This document shows positions 18,005 to 27,553 of a stretch of DNA of 36,815 nt, piece by piece. The notes under the pieces were generated by a model. It saw only the letters and a list, made by a program, of their open reading frames with translations. It made no database searches and had not been told where the DNA came from. The DNA lies in IMG/VR virus record IMGVR_UViG_2617270943_000002, positions 1 through 36,815 of that record; one strand, written 5' to 3'. Position 1 is the first letter of the stretch, and each line of letters opens with the position of its first letter. Made by a program: the position numbers and the translations under genes. Source of the DNA: a virus. Lineage: Duplodnaviria; Heunggongvirae; Uroviricota; Caudoviricetes.

Positions 18005-18444
18005 GCAGAGTAACCGCGATTATCTCCGCTCTGATTATCTGCATCATCGTCTGCCTGTTATGGGCTGTTAATCATTACCGTGATAACGCCATCGCCTACA
18101 AAGAGCAGCGCGACAAAGCCGCATCCACTATCGCTGATATGCAGAAGCGTCAACGTGATGTAGCAGAACTCGACGCCAGATACACAAAGGAGCTTGCTGA
18201 TGCTAACGCGACTATCGAAAGTCTTCGTGCTGATGTTTCTGCTGGGCGTAAGTGGCTGCGCGTCAAAGCTGTCTGTCCAGACATGCATAAAATCACCGCC
18301 GCCTCCGGCGTGGATGATGGCACCAGCCCCAGACTTACTGACACCGCTCAACGGGATTATTTCACCCTTAGAAAGCGGATTGAAACCAGTGATAAAATGA
18401 TCCGAGGCTTGCAGCAATACATTCGCACGCAGTGTGTAAGATGA
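18001..18444 (+). CDS. Rz: Rz-like inner-membrane spanin
   Basis: N-terminal TM segment ([18 protein letters not shown]), coiled-coil-like remainder; ATG overlaps the endolysin stop (ATGA). Confidence 0.75.
   Translation: MSRVTAIISALIICIIVCLLWAVNHYRDNAIAYKEQRDKAASTIADMQKRQRDVAELDARYTKELADANATIESLRADVSAGRKWLRVKAVCPDMHKITAASGVDDGTSPRLTDTAQRDYFTLRKRIETSDKMIRGLQQYIRTQCVR
18194..18400 (+). CDS. Rz1: Rz1-like outer-membrane lipoprotein spanin embedded in the +1 frame of Rz
   Basis: Signal peptide with lipobox (LLGVSGC) and a proline-rich mature region ([17 protein letters not shown]); lies entirely within Rz. Confidence 0.7.
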   Translation: MLMLTRLSKVFVLMFLLGVSGCASKLSVQTCIKSPPPPAWMMAPAPDLLTPLNGIISPLESGLKPVIK

Positions 18445-18824
18445 GCAATCTTTGCTAATTAGCCATGAAATAGATAAATATCAGGCCAACGATGATTAGT
18501 GCCAGGCATCCTAATTGGTCAGAATGGCTGGCATTTGATCGTCTTGCTCTTCTTGCAGTTGATTGGACAGCCCTCTGTCCTCGACTTCCTCTTGGCATTC
18601 CTCTCATTTATTCTCTCTCAACATTGATATTGAACTGACAGATGATAATTATTTCATGAAAGTGGTATCTCGTTGATTTGATTACGCTATATAGTCGCCG
18701 GATTTTCGCATTTATCGGCATCGGGCGGTGCAAAATTGGCATAATCGAAACGTAGAGTTTTTGGCTGACAACAGCATTAGCGGTCACCCGGAGAGTGTTG
18801 TGAACATGTTAATTACATGACGCT

Positions 18825-19145
18825 TTAGATGCATCGACATTTGATGATGCTTGTCAGACCTGTCATTTTCTTTGCTTCATTTTCAACATTGAGGAAGTTG
18901 GTTGAGCATATTTTTTGATAATCTCCAGTTGTGAATCCTGTTTTATCGATCTTGCGTTTCAAGGGATTAATCGTTTTGCAAGATGCTCTATGGATTCTGG
19001 TAAAGCGTTCGTCAGATTTATTACCTTTACCTCTGGTTCGCTTCAATGCATTGACAACATATCCGTCTGGATTATCGCCAAGCCAATTACGATAGTCTGA
19101 TTCACTCTCAGTCTGAAGGTCACTTCTGAATACCTTTATGGACAT
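18825..19145 (-). CDS. Hypothetical protein between the lysis cassette and cos (106 aa)
   Basis: ATG at 19145 preceded by AGGAG; no family recognised; opposite strand to flanking late genes, like a moron. Confidence 0.5.
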   Translation of the reverse strand: MSIKVFRSDLQTESESDYRNWLGDNPDGYVVNALKRTRGKGNKSDERFTRIHRASCKTINPLKRKIDKTGFTTGDYQKICSTNFLNVENEAKKMTGLTSIIKCRCI

Positions 19146-19289
19146 GAAGATACTCCTGTGCATTTATGGTACGAAGAAATAGCAAAAGTATTTTTACCGT
19201 AAATTGCGAATCTACAAAAGCAAAACAATGCGTAATATCAGAGTGAATATTCTGCCTTTAATGTGGGTCCTTCTGATGACCTGAGCTCT

Positions 19290-19312
19290 CACGGGGCGGG
19301 AGCGTCGCGGAA
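19290..19312. other. cos-like site (cosN candidate) upstream of terminase small subunit
   Basis: ACGGGGCGGGAGCGTCGCGG closely resembles the lambda cohesive-end sequence GGGCGGCGACCTCGCGG; a downstream TTCGTCAT also matches lambda; located about 180 bp upstream of the terminase small subunit gene. Confidence 0.5.
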
Positions 19313-19479
19313 AAAGGCTAGTTTTTGAAATTTCATTCGTCATCACCACTACTGTAATGTATTGATATTACAGTGGTTTTATTTTTGTGGTGTCGATTTT
19401 GATTGTTTTTTGTTCATCACTAACACCGTTTGCCTAAAGTTGTTCGCAAGATGCATGTTTAAAACATTCTGGAGCGGGT

Positions 19480-19974
19480 ATGGATCGAGAGTTAAAAAAT
19501 CTGACGCTGAATATCAGTCAACTGGCGGCACTGTCAGGTGTACATCGCCAGACTGCTGCGGCAAGGCTGCAAAATCTACCCGTTGCAGGGGGGCATGAAA
19601 GCAACCTCAAGCTTTATCGGGTGGTTGATATTGTGTCGGCATTTCTGGCATTACCACCGCCGGTTGCAGAAGGCGAAATGGACGCGCATGAGCGCAAAGC
19701 CTGGTATCAGTCTGAACGTGAGCGTCTTAAGTTCGAACAGGAAACGGCACAACTCATTCCGGCCAGTGATGTCAGACGGGAGTTTGCCATCTGGGCAAAA
19801 GCGGTCGTGCAGGTGCTGGAGACATTACCGGATATTCTTGAACGTGACTGCGGTCTGCAGCCTGCCGCTGTGAGCCGTGTTCAGTCCATTATTGATGATC
19901 TGCGCGATCAGATAGCCCTGCGGGTGACCGAAGCAGGTGCGGATGATGAGGAGGAATTACAGCGGGAGGAGTAA
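19480..19974 (+). CDS. Terminase small subunit (Nu1-like position, HTH N-terminus)
   Basis: 164-aa ORF immediately upstream of, and coupled to, the terminase large subunit gene (stop/start overlap TAATG). Confidence 0.7.
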   Translation: MDRELKNLTLNISQLAALSGVHRQTAAARLQNLPVAGGHESNLKLYRVVDIVSAFLALPPPVAEGEMDAHERKAWYQSERERLKFEQETAQLIPASDVRREFAIWAKAVVQVLETLPDILERDCGLQPAAVSRVQSIIDDLRDQIALRVTEAGADDEEELQREE

Positions 19975-22076
19975 TGCTGAATCAGGAAACCGCAAAGGCA
20001 GCACGAACCGATTCAGGTTATATCCTTCGCGCACCGAGACGAATGCGGGTTGCTGATGCCGTTGCTCAGTATATGCGGGTGCCCATGGGGGCAGGGAACT
20101 CAGTCCCGTGGGATCCGCTGGTGGCACCGTATGTTATTGAGCCGATGAACTGCCTGGCCTCGCGTGAATACGACGCAGTGATATTTGTTGGCCCGGCACG
20201 AACCGGCAAGACTATCGGCCTGATTGACGGCTGGGTGATTTACAACGTGATTTGCGATCCTGCTGATATGCTGATCATACAGATGACGGAGGAAAAAGCC
20301 CGCGAACACTCCAAAAAACGACTCGCCAGAACGTTTCGCGTCAGCCCGGAAGTGGTCAGTCGCCTGAGTCCGAACAAAAATGACAACAACGTTTATGACA
20401 GAACATTCCTTGCTGGTAACTACCTGAAAATCGGCTGGCCGTCAGTCAATATCATGTCCTCATCAGATTATAAATGCGTCGCGCTGACGGATTATGACCG
20501 TTTTCCGGAAGATATTGATGGCGAGGGGGATGCTTTCTCTCTTGCCTCAAAACGTACCACAACATTTATGTCCAGTGGTATGACGCTTGTGGAGAGTTCC
20601 CCCGGCAGGGATGTGAAGGATGTGAAATGGCGACGGACTTCACCGCATGAGGCTCCACCAACCACGGGGATACTGTCGCTCTATAACCGTGGCGATCGCC
20701 GTCGCTGGTACTGGCCTTGTCCACACTGTGGTGAGTATTTTCAGCCCTGCGGCGATGTGGTTGCTGGTTTCCGTGATATTGCCGATCCCGTGCTGGCAAG
20801 TGAGGCGGCTTATATTCAGTGTCCTTCCTGTTCAGGACGGATTATGCCTGAACAAAAACGTGAGCTGAACGGACGTGGGGTCTGGTTGCGGGATGGTGAA
20901 TCCATCAATGCGGATGGCAGTCGTTATGGTGATCCCCGACGCTCACGTATTGCGTCATTCTGGATGGAGGGTCCGGCAGCTGCTTACCAGACACTCTCGC
21001 AACTCGTTTACAAACTGCTTACTGCAGAACAGGAATACGAGACAACCGGAAGTGAAGAAACACTCAAGACGGTTATCAATACCGACTGGGGATTACCTTA
21101 TCTTCCCCGCGCCAGCATGGAGCAACGAAAAAGTGAACTGCTTGAGCAGCGGGCAGAGCCAGTTCCTTCCCGCAGTGTGCCGGATGGCGTTAATTTCCTT
21201 GTGGCGACAGTGGATGTGCAGGCGGGACGTCATCGCCGTTTTGTGGTTCAGGTAACGGGCTATGGCAGCCGTGGCGAACGCTGGATTATTGATCGTTACA
21301 ACATCACGCAGTCATTGCGCGGTGACAGCGACGGGGAGAGCCAGCGAATTGATCCGGCCAGCTATCCGGAAGACTGGGATGTCCTGCTGACGGATGTTTT
21401 TCATAAAAGCTGGCCGCTGGCCTCCGATCCTTCTCAACAAATGCGACTGATGGCAATGGCGGTGGACTCCGGCGGTGAAGACGGGGTCACTGATAATGCC
21501 TATAAATTCTGGCGTCGTTGCCGTCGTGATGGCCTTGGTAAACGTATTTACCTGTTTAAGGGCGACAGCATCCGGCGCGCAAAACTGATCACCCGTACAT
21601 TCCCTGATAACACCGGACGAACGGGCCGACGGGCGCAGGCCGCAGGTGATGTGCCGCTCTGGCTTCTTCAGACGGATGCACTGAAAGACCGGGTGAATAA
21701 CGCGTTATGGCGTGACTCGCCAGGTCCCGGCTATGTGCATTTCCCTGACTGGCTGGGGAGTTGGTTTTACGACGAACTGACGTATGAAGAGCGGAGCAGT
21801 GACGGGAAATGGAGTAAGCCAGGTCGCGGTGCCAACGAAGCTTTTGACCTGATGGTGTATGCCGAGGCTCTGGTCATTCTGCATGGATACGAAAAGATCC
21901 GCTGGCCGGATGCACCGGAGTGGGCGAGCCGGGAAACCTGGCTGGAGTGTGTCCCGGACAGTACCGAACCGTCACCCACACCGGAACCGGTATCCACGCC
22001 TGTTAAAAAACAAAAACGGAAGAAAACAGTAACTGACGATGTTAACCCCTGGCTGACTTCCGGAGGATGGTTATGA
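19974..22076 (+). CDS. Terminase large subunit (lambda gpA-like)
   Basis: 700 aa; Walker-A-like VGPARTGKT; WYWPCPHCGEYFQP parallels the lambda gpA CPHCGE motif. Confidence 0.85.
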   Translation: MLNQETAKAARTDSGYILRAPRRMRVADAVAQYMRVPMGAGNSVPWDPLVAPYVIEPMNCLASREYDAVIFVGPARTGKTIGLIDGWVIYNVICDPADMLIIQMTEEKAREHSKKRLARTFRVSPEVVSRLSPNKNDNNVYDRTFLAGNYLKIGWPSVNIMSSSDYKCVALTDYDRFPEDIDGEGDAFSLASKRTTTFMSSGMTLVESSPGRDVKDVKWRRTSPHEAPPTTGILSLYNRGDRRRWYWPCPHCGEYFQPCGDVVAGFRDIADPVLASEAAYIQCPSCSGRIMPEQKRELNGRGVWLRDGESINADGSRYGDPRRSRIASFWMEGPAAAYQTLSQLVYKLLTAEQEYETTGSEETLKTVINTDWGLPYLPRASMEQRKSELLEQRAEPVPSRSVPDGVNFLVATVDVQAGRHRRFVVQVTGYGSRGERWIIDRYNITQSLRGDSDGESQRIDPASYPEDWDVLLTDVFHKSWPLASDPSQQMRLMAMAVDSGGEDGVTDNAYKFWRRCRRDGLGKRIYLFKGDSIRRAKLITRTFPDNTGRTGRRAQAAGDVPLWLLQTDALKDRVNNALWRDSPGPGYVHFPDWLGSWFYDELTYEERSSDGKWSKPGRGANEAFDLMVYAEALVILHGYEKIRWPDAPEWASRETWLECVPDSTEPSPTPEPVSTPVKKQKRKKTVTDDVNPWLTSGGWL

Positions 22077-22285
22077 ACCAGAATGATATCGAAGCCATGA
22101 TTCAGCGTTATACGGAAGCTGAAATGGCGGTGCTGGACGGAAAATCCGTCACCTTTAATGGTCAGCAGATGACCATGGAAAACTTATCTGAGATCCGGCA
22201 GGGGCGGCAGGAGTGGGAGCGCCGCCTTGCGGCTCTGATTACACGACGACGGGGGCATCCCGGGTACCGGCTGGCGAGGTTCTGA
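22073..22285 (+). CDS. W: Head-tail joining protein gpW-like
   Basis: About 70 aa with C-terminal ...RRRGHPGY resembling the lambda gpW C-terminus (...RRRGPAGF); GGAGG RBS. Confidence 0.6.
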   Translation: MNQNDIEAMIQRYTEAEMAVLDGKSVTFNGQQMTMENLSEIRQGRQEWERRLAALITRRRGHPGYRLARF

Positions 22286-23760
22286 TGGTAATTCTTGATG
22301 ATGTGATTGGCGTTTTTTCACCAGGATGGAAAGCGGCAAGGCTGCGTTCCCGTGCGGTGATCCAGGCTTATGAGGCCGTAAAAACGACGCGGACACACAA
22401 AGCCCGGCGGGAAAACCGAACTGCCGACCAGTTAAGCCAGTACGGGGCCGTGTCGTTACGTGAGCAGGCCCGTTACCTTGATAACAACCACGATCTGGTC
22501 ATTGGTGTATTTGACAAGCTGGAAGAACGGGTGGTGGGGAAAAACGGGATTATTGTCGAGCCACATCCGGTATTACGCAATGGGGCCATTGCCCGTGACC
22601 TGGCTGCGGAGATTCGCACCCGATGGAGTGAATGGTCTGTCAGCCCGGAAGTCACCGGGCAGTTTACCCGTCCGATGCTGGAACGTCTGATGCTGCGTAC
22701 CTGGCTGCGCGATGGTGAGGTGTTTGCCCAGATGGTTTCCGGGCGCATAAACAGCCTGACGCCTTCTGCCGGTGTTCATTTCTGGCTGGAGGCACTCGAG
22801 CCGGACTTTATTCCCATGACCAGTGATGAGAGCAACAGGCTGAATCAGGGCGTGTTTGTTGATGACTGGGGGCGTCCCGAAAAATATCTGGTGTATAAAA
22901 GTCGTCCCGTATCCGGACGGCAGATGGAAACCAAAGAAGTGGATGCAGAGCGAATGCTGCATCTTAAATTTGTTCGCCGTCTGCACCAGATGCGCGGGAC
23001 GTCTTTGTTGTCCGGTGTGCTGATCCGCCTCAGTGCCCTGAAAGAGTATGAAGATTCTGAGCTGACTGCAGCAAGGATCGCCGCTGCTCTGGGGATGTAC
23101 ATCCGGAAAGGCGACGGGCAGAGCTATGAACCGGATGGTAATGGCAGCAAGGATAAGGAACGCGAGCTTACCATTCAGCCAGGCATTATTTACGACGATC
23201 TGAAACCCGGCGAAGAAATCGGAATGGTGAAGTCGGATCGTCCCAATCCTAACCTTGAAACTTTTCGTAATGGTCAGTTGCGTGCCGTGGCGGCGGGCAG
23301 TCGTCTGAGTTTTTCCAGTACGGCACGCAACTATAACGGCACTTACAGCGCCCAGCGTCAGGAGCTGGTTGAATCCACTGATGGCTACCTGATCCTGCAG
23401 GACTGGTTTATTGGTGCCGTCACCCGCCCGATGTATCGTGCCTGGCTGAAACAGGCTGTGGCATCCGGTGTTATCAGGCTACCCCGCGATCTTGACCGTT
23501 CTTCACTGTATACCGCGGTGTATTCCGGACCGGTGATGCCGTGGATTGACCCTGTTAAGGAGGCTGAGGCCTGGAAAATTCAGATTCGTGGTGGAGCGGC
23601 GACAGAATCAGACTGGGTACGTGCAGGTGGTCGTAATCCGGATGATGTCAAACGTCGGCGCAAGGCCGAAATTGATGAAAACCGCAAGCTGGATCTGGTA
23701 TTTGATACCGATCCGGCCAGTGATAAAGGAGGCAGCAGTGCCGCAACGAAACGACAGTAG
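22285..23760 (+). CDS. Portal protein (lambda-family)
   Basis: About 490-aa ORF following gpW; ATG overlaps the W stop (TGATG). Confidence 0.8.
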   Translation: MVILDDVIGVFSPGWKAARLRSRAVIQAYEAVKTTRTHKARRENRTADQLSQYGAVSLREQARYLDNNHDLVIGVFDKLEERVVGKNGIIVEPHPVLRNGAIARDLAAEIRTRWSEWSVSPEVTGQFTRPMLERLMLRTWLRDGEVFAQMVSGRINSLTPSAGVHFWLEALEPDFIPMTSDESNRLNQGVFVDDWGRPEKYLVYKSRPVSGRQMETKEVDAERMLHLKFVRRLHQMRGTSLLSGVLIRLSALKEYEDSELTAARIAAALGMYIRKGDGQSYEPDGNGSKDKERELTIQPGIIYDDLKPGEEIGMVKSDRPNPNLETFRNGQLRAVAAGSRLSFSSTARNYNGTYSAQRQELVESTDGYLILQDWFIGAVTRPMYRAWLKQAVASGVIRLPRDLDRSSLYTAVYSGPVMPWIDPVKEAEAWKIQIRGGAATESDWVRAGGRNPDDVKRRRKAEIDENRKLDLVFDTDPASDKGGSSAATKRQ

Positions 23761-25765
23761 CCGCAGCACACCGACGACCAGTCCGAAGAATAATTCCTGG
23801 TTCAGGATGCAGGCTGGTCACCAGAGTGACGCGGATATTTATATTTATGACGAGATTGGTTTCTGGGGTGTTACAGCGAAGCAGTTTATCAGTGATCTGA
23901 ATGCACTGGGCGATATCACCCACATTAATCTCCATATCAATTCACCGGGTGGCGATGTCTTTGAAGGCATCGCCATTTTTAATGCACTGAAAACACATGG
24001 TGCGTCCATTACCGTTTATGTCGACGGTGTGGCGGCGTCAATGGCGTCGGTCATTGCGATGGTGGGAAACCCGGTCATTATGCCGGAAAACACCTTCATG
24101 ATGATTCATAAACCATTTGGCTTTACGGGCGGTGATGCGGAGGACATGCGCACCTATGCCGACCTGCTCGATAAGGTTGAGGCGGTTCTGTTACCCGCTT
24201 ATGCACAGAAAACCGGGAAAACCACCGATGAAATTGCTGCCATGCTGGCAGATGAGACCTGGATGTCCGGTGCCGAATGTCTGGCACATGGATTTGCTGA
24301 TCAGGTGACGCCAGCCGTTAAGGCAATGGCATGTATTCAGTCAAAACGTACAGAGGAATTTAAAAAGATGCCGGAATCCATTCGAAACATGATTACTCCG
24401 CCACGCAACAGTGCTCCACGCGTACAGGATGATGAACCTGCAGCCTCCCGGACGCCAGTACAGGCAGCAGCACCCGTGGTGGATGAAAACAGTATCCGTG
24501 CGCAGGTACTGGCAGAGCAAAAAGCGCGTGTAAACGGTATTAATGATCTGTTTGCCATGTTTGGCGGGCGTTATCAGACGCTGCAGGCTCAGTGTCTTGC
24601 CGATCCTGAATGTTCGCTGGAGCAGGCCCGCGAAAAGCTGTTGAACGAGATGGGGCGCGAGTCCACGCCATCCAATAAAAATACACCGGCTCATATTTAT
24701 GCCGGTAACGGTAATTTTGTGGGGGACGGGATCCGCCAGGCGCTGATGGCGCGTGCCGGATTTGAAAAAACCGAACGTGATAATGTCTACAACGGGATGA
24801 CCCTGCGTGAATATGCCCGTATGTCACTGACTGAACGGGGTATTGGGGTTTCCAGTTATAACCCGATGCAGATGGTCGGTGCGGCGTTCACACACAGTAC
24901 GTCTGACTTCGGTAATATTCTGCTGGATGTTGCGAACAAAGCCATTCTGCAGGGCTGGGAAGATGCCCCTGAAACCTATGAACAGTGGACGCGGAAAGGT
25001 CAGTTGTCTGATTTTAAAATTGCCCATCGTGTGGGTATGGGGGGCTTCAGTGCTCTGCGTCAGGTGCGTGAAGGGGCGGAATATAAATACGTCACCACCG
25101 GAGATAAACAGGCCACTATTGCACTGGCGACCTATGGCGAGCTGTTCAGTATCACCCGTCAGGCCATTATCAATGATGATCTGAATATGCTGACCGATGT
25201 CCCGATGAAGCTGGGCCGTGCGGCGAAATCCACTATTGCCGATCTGGTTTATGCCATTCTGACGTCTAACCCGAAAATCTCCACAGATAATGTAAGTCTG
25301 TTCGATAAAGCGAAACATGCAAACGTACTGGAGAGCGCTGCAATGGACGTGGCATCGCTGGATAAAGCCCGCCAGTTGATGCGCGTTCAGAAAGAGGGGG
25401 AGCGTCATCTGAATATTCGTCCTGCGTTCGTACTGGTACCGACGGCGATGGAGTCTGTTGCTAACCAGGTCATTCGCTCCTCAAGTGTCAAGGGGGCTGA
25501 CATTAACGCCGGTATTATTAACCCGGTGAAAGATTTTGCGACCGTTATTGCAGAGCCTCGTCTTGATGATAACAGCCAGACCACCTTCTACCTGGCTGCG
25601 TCAAAAGGCTCCGATACGATTGAAGTGGCTTATCTCAACGGTGTGGATACGCCATATATTGATCAGATGGAGGGCTTCAGTGTGGATGGCGTGACAACGA
25701 AAGTGCGTATTGACGCCGGTGTCGCGCCAGTTGATCACCGCGGTCTGGTGAAATGTACGGCGTAA
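23738..25765 (+). CDS. Prohead protease (ClpP-like, S14) fused to HK97-fold major capsid protein
   Basis: N-terminal ClpP-like region (INSPGGDVFEGIAIFNAL..., VDGVAASMASVIAMVG, MMIHKP); long C-terminal capsid-like region; proposed GTG start at 23738 with AAGGAGG RBS 5 nt upstream (first in-frame ATG is at 23807). Confidence 0.75.
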   Translation: MPQRNDSSRSTPTTSPKNNSWFRMQAGHQSDADIYIYDEIGFWGVTAKQFISDLNALGDITHINLHINSPGGDVFEGIAIFNALKTHGASITVYVDGVAASMASVIAMVGNPVIMPENTFMMIHKPFGFTGGDAEDMRTYADLLDKVEAVLLPAYAQKTGKTTDEIAAMLADETWMSGAECLAHGFADQVTPAVKAMACIQSKRTEEFKKMPESIRNMITPPRNSAPRVQDDEPAASRTPVQAAAPVVDENSIRAQVLAEQKARVNGINDLFAMFGGRYQTLQAQCLADPECSLEQAREKLLNEMGRESTPSNKNTPAHIYAGNGNFVGDGIRQALMARAGFEKTERDNVYNGMTLREYARMSLTERGIGVSSYNPMQMVGAAFTHSTSDFGNILLDVANKAILQGWEDAPETYEQWTRKGQLSDFKIAHRVGMGGFSALRQVREGAEYKYVTTGDKQATIALATYGELFSITRQAIINDDLNMLTDVPMKLGRAAKSTIADLVYAILTSNPKISTDNVSLFDKAKHANVLESAAMDVASLDKARQLMRVQKEGERHLNIRPAFVLVPTAMESVANQVIRSSSVKGADINAGIINPVKDFATVIAEPRLDDNSQTTFYLAASKGSDTIEVAYLNGVDTPYIDQMEGFSVDGVTTKVRIDAGVAPVDHRGLVKCTA

Positions 25766-25788
25766 ACGTCGCAGACAACAACTCTGAT

Positions 25789-25808
25789 GGCCCGTAAGGG
25801 CTTTTTTT
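25789..25808 (+). terminator. Rho-independent terminator after the capsid gene
   Basis: GCCC-GTAA-GGGC stem-loop followed by TTTTTTT. Confidence 0.6.
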
Positions 25809-25851
25809 GTACCTGAAATCAGCCCCTGAACGGGGCTGTGCGGAGACAGTT

Positions 25852-26175
25852 ATGGCAAAGAATTTTGTAGAAGAAGGAAAAACGGTGGCGATTGTTGCCA
25901 GTGCAGCCATCAGCAGCGGAGATCTGGTGCAGGTGGGTGATGTTTTTGCGGTGGCGCTGACCGATATTCCACAGGGTGAAACAGGCGACGGCATGACCGA
26001 AGGTGTGTTTATGCTGCCTAAGCTGAAAACGGATGACATGAAAACGGGTAAGAAGGTTTATCTGAAGTCCGGAAAAGTTCAGCTGACTAACAGCGGCTCT
26101 GATCCGCTGGTCGGGGTTGTCTGGGCAGATGCCGGAACCAGTGCAGAAGAAGTGCCGGTAAAACTCAATGTCTGA
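25852..26175 (+). CDS. DUF2190-like head protein (108 aa)
   Basis: ATG 25852 with GGAGA RBS; pattern (...SGDLVQVGDVFAVAL...EGVFMLPK...G.KVYL...) typical of DUF2190 proteins found next to capsid genes. Confidence 0.55.
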   Translation: MAKNFVEEGKTVAIVASAAISSGDLVQVGDVFAVALTDIPQGETGDGMTEGVFMLPKLKTDDMKTGKKVYLKSGKVQLTNSGSDPLVGVVWADAGTSAEEVPVKLNV

Positions 26176-26511
26176 TCCCTTTTCCCGGCTGGCAGCGCGT
26201 ATGGATGCGATCACGGTTAGAAAGATGGGAAAGACAGCCTCGATTAATGATGCCGATATGACTGTGATCCCGGGAGAAACACTGGCAGAGCTGAATGCTC
26301 TGTCCGGACCTGCGGTATCTCTGGTGGTGTTTTCTTCGGGATGGCGATGTTTGCCCCGCAGTACAACATCGAGATCAATAACGATGGCACGAACGGGCAG
26401 ATAGGTCCGGCTGCCCTGAAGGTGGTTTATGACCTTGGGAAAAAAGCGGCAGCGGACTTTATGCAACAGCAGGCCCGTGATGGTGGTCGGTTAAGTGGAG
26501 CATATCGGTAA
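26168..26511 (+). pseudogene. Deletion junction: 5' portion of a small head/tail gene joined out of frame to the 3' end of the tail tape-measure gene (gpH C-terminal remnant)
   Basis: Frame A ORF 26168..26404 (MSDPFSRLAARMDAITVRKMGK...); a second frame, open from 26251 to the TAA at 26509-26511, encodes ...FAPQYNIEINNDGTNGQIGPAALKVVYDLGKKAAADFMQQQARDGGRLSGAYR, matching the lambda gpH C-terminus (...INNDGTNGQIGPAALKAVYD...); stop overlaps the gpM start exactly as H/M do in lambda. Confidence 0.55.
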
Positions 26512-26840
26512 TGGAGACGTTTCACTGGAAAGTGCGCCCGGATATGAATGTGGTATCAGAGCCGAAAGTGGTGACAGTGAAGCTGGGCGATGGTTATGAA
26601 CAGCGTCGTGCGGCGGGACTGAATAACCAGTTGTCGATTTACAGCGTGACGATACGTGTTCGTAAATGTGAACACCCATCTTTAAAAGCCTTTCTGGAAC
26701 GGCACGGTGGCGTCCGCGCATTTCAGTGGGCGCCACCTTATGACTGGAAGCCGATCAGGGTGGTTTGTCGTAAATGGTCGGCAAGCGTGGGGGCGTTGTG
26801 GGTAACCATAACGGCAGATTTTGAACAGGTCGTGGCATAG
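26511..26840 (+). CDS. M: Minor tail protein M
   Basis: 109 aa, near-colinear with lambda gpM (METFHWKVRPDMNVVSEPKVV...GDGYEQRRAAGLN...EFEQVVA). Confidence 0.9.
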   Translation: METFHWKVRPDMNVVSEPKVVTVKLGDGYEQRRAAGLNNQLSIYSVTIRVRKCEHPSLKAFLERHGGVRAFQWAPPYDWKPIRVVCRKWSASVGALWVTITADFEQVVA

Positions 26841-26849
26841 GAGTCTCTG

Positions 26850-27548
26850 ATGCAGGATATTCCACAGGAAACACATCATGAGACGACACGCCTCACTCAG
26901 TCAGCCCAGGTGGTGCTCTGGGAAATCGACCTGACAGAGGTCGGTGGAGAACGTTATTTTTTCTGTAATGAGCAGAACGAAAAAGGTGAGCCGGTTACCT
27001 GGCAGGGGCGGCAGTATCAGGCATACCCCATTCAGGGGACGGGATTTGAACTGAACGGCAAGGGCAGTGCTGCCCGTCCGACACTGACGGTTTCTAACCT
27101 GCACGGCATGGTCACGGGGATGGCGGAAGACCTGCAGAGTCTGGTCGGCGGAACGGTGGTCAGGCGTAAGGTTTACGCCCGTTTTCTGGATGCGGTGAAC
27201 TTCGTCAACGGAAACAGCGACGCCGATCCGGAGCAGGAGGTGATCAGCCGCTGGCGCATCGAGCAGTGCAGCGAACTGAGTGCGGTCAGTGCCTCCTTTG
27301 TGTTGTCCACACCGACGGAAACGGATGGTGCCGTTTTTCCGGGGCGCATCATGCTGGCTAATACCTGCACCTGGACCTATCGCGGTGATGAGTGCGGTTA
27401 TCACGGTCCGGCTGTCGCGGATGAATATGATCAGCCGACGTCCGATATCACGAAGGATAAATGCAGCAAATGCCTGAGTGGCTGTAAGTTCCGCAATAAT
27501 GTCGGCAACTTTGGCGGCTTCCTTTCCATTAACAAACTTTCGCAGTAA
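26850..27548 (+). CDS. L: Minor tail protein L
   Basis: 232 aa, lambda gpL-like, including the C-terminal Cys cluster. Confidence 0.9.
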   Translation: MQDIPQETHHETTRLTQSAQVVLWEIDLTEVGGERYFFCNEQNEKGEPVTWQGRQYQAYPIQGTGFELNGKGSAARPTLTVSNLHGMVTGMAEDLQSLVGGTVVRRKVYARFLDAVNFVNGNSDADPEQEVISRWRIEQCSELSAVSASFVLSTPTETDGAVFPGRIMLANTCTWTYRGDECGYHGPAVADEYDQPTSDITKDKCSKCLSGCKFRNNVGNFGGFLSINKLSQ

Positions 27549-27553
27549 ATCCC

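Noticed and set aside
19362-19873. ORFs 19362..19598 and 19538..19873 overlapping the cos region and terminase small subunit in other frames
   Set aside because: Alternative-frame ORFs without RBS; the 19480..19974 frame is coupled to the terminase large subunit and is preferred.
24824-25408. Minus-strand 194-aa ORF antisense to the capsid gene
   Set aside because: Overlaps the well-supported protease/capsid fusion ORF; no independent evidence.
25821-25837. Second hairpin AGCCCC-TGAAC-GGGGCT after the capsid terminator
   Set aside because: No T-run follows; probably an RNA structure in the leader of the next gene rather than a terminator.
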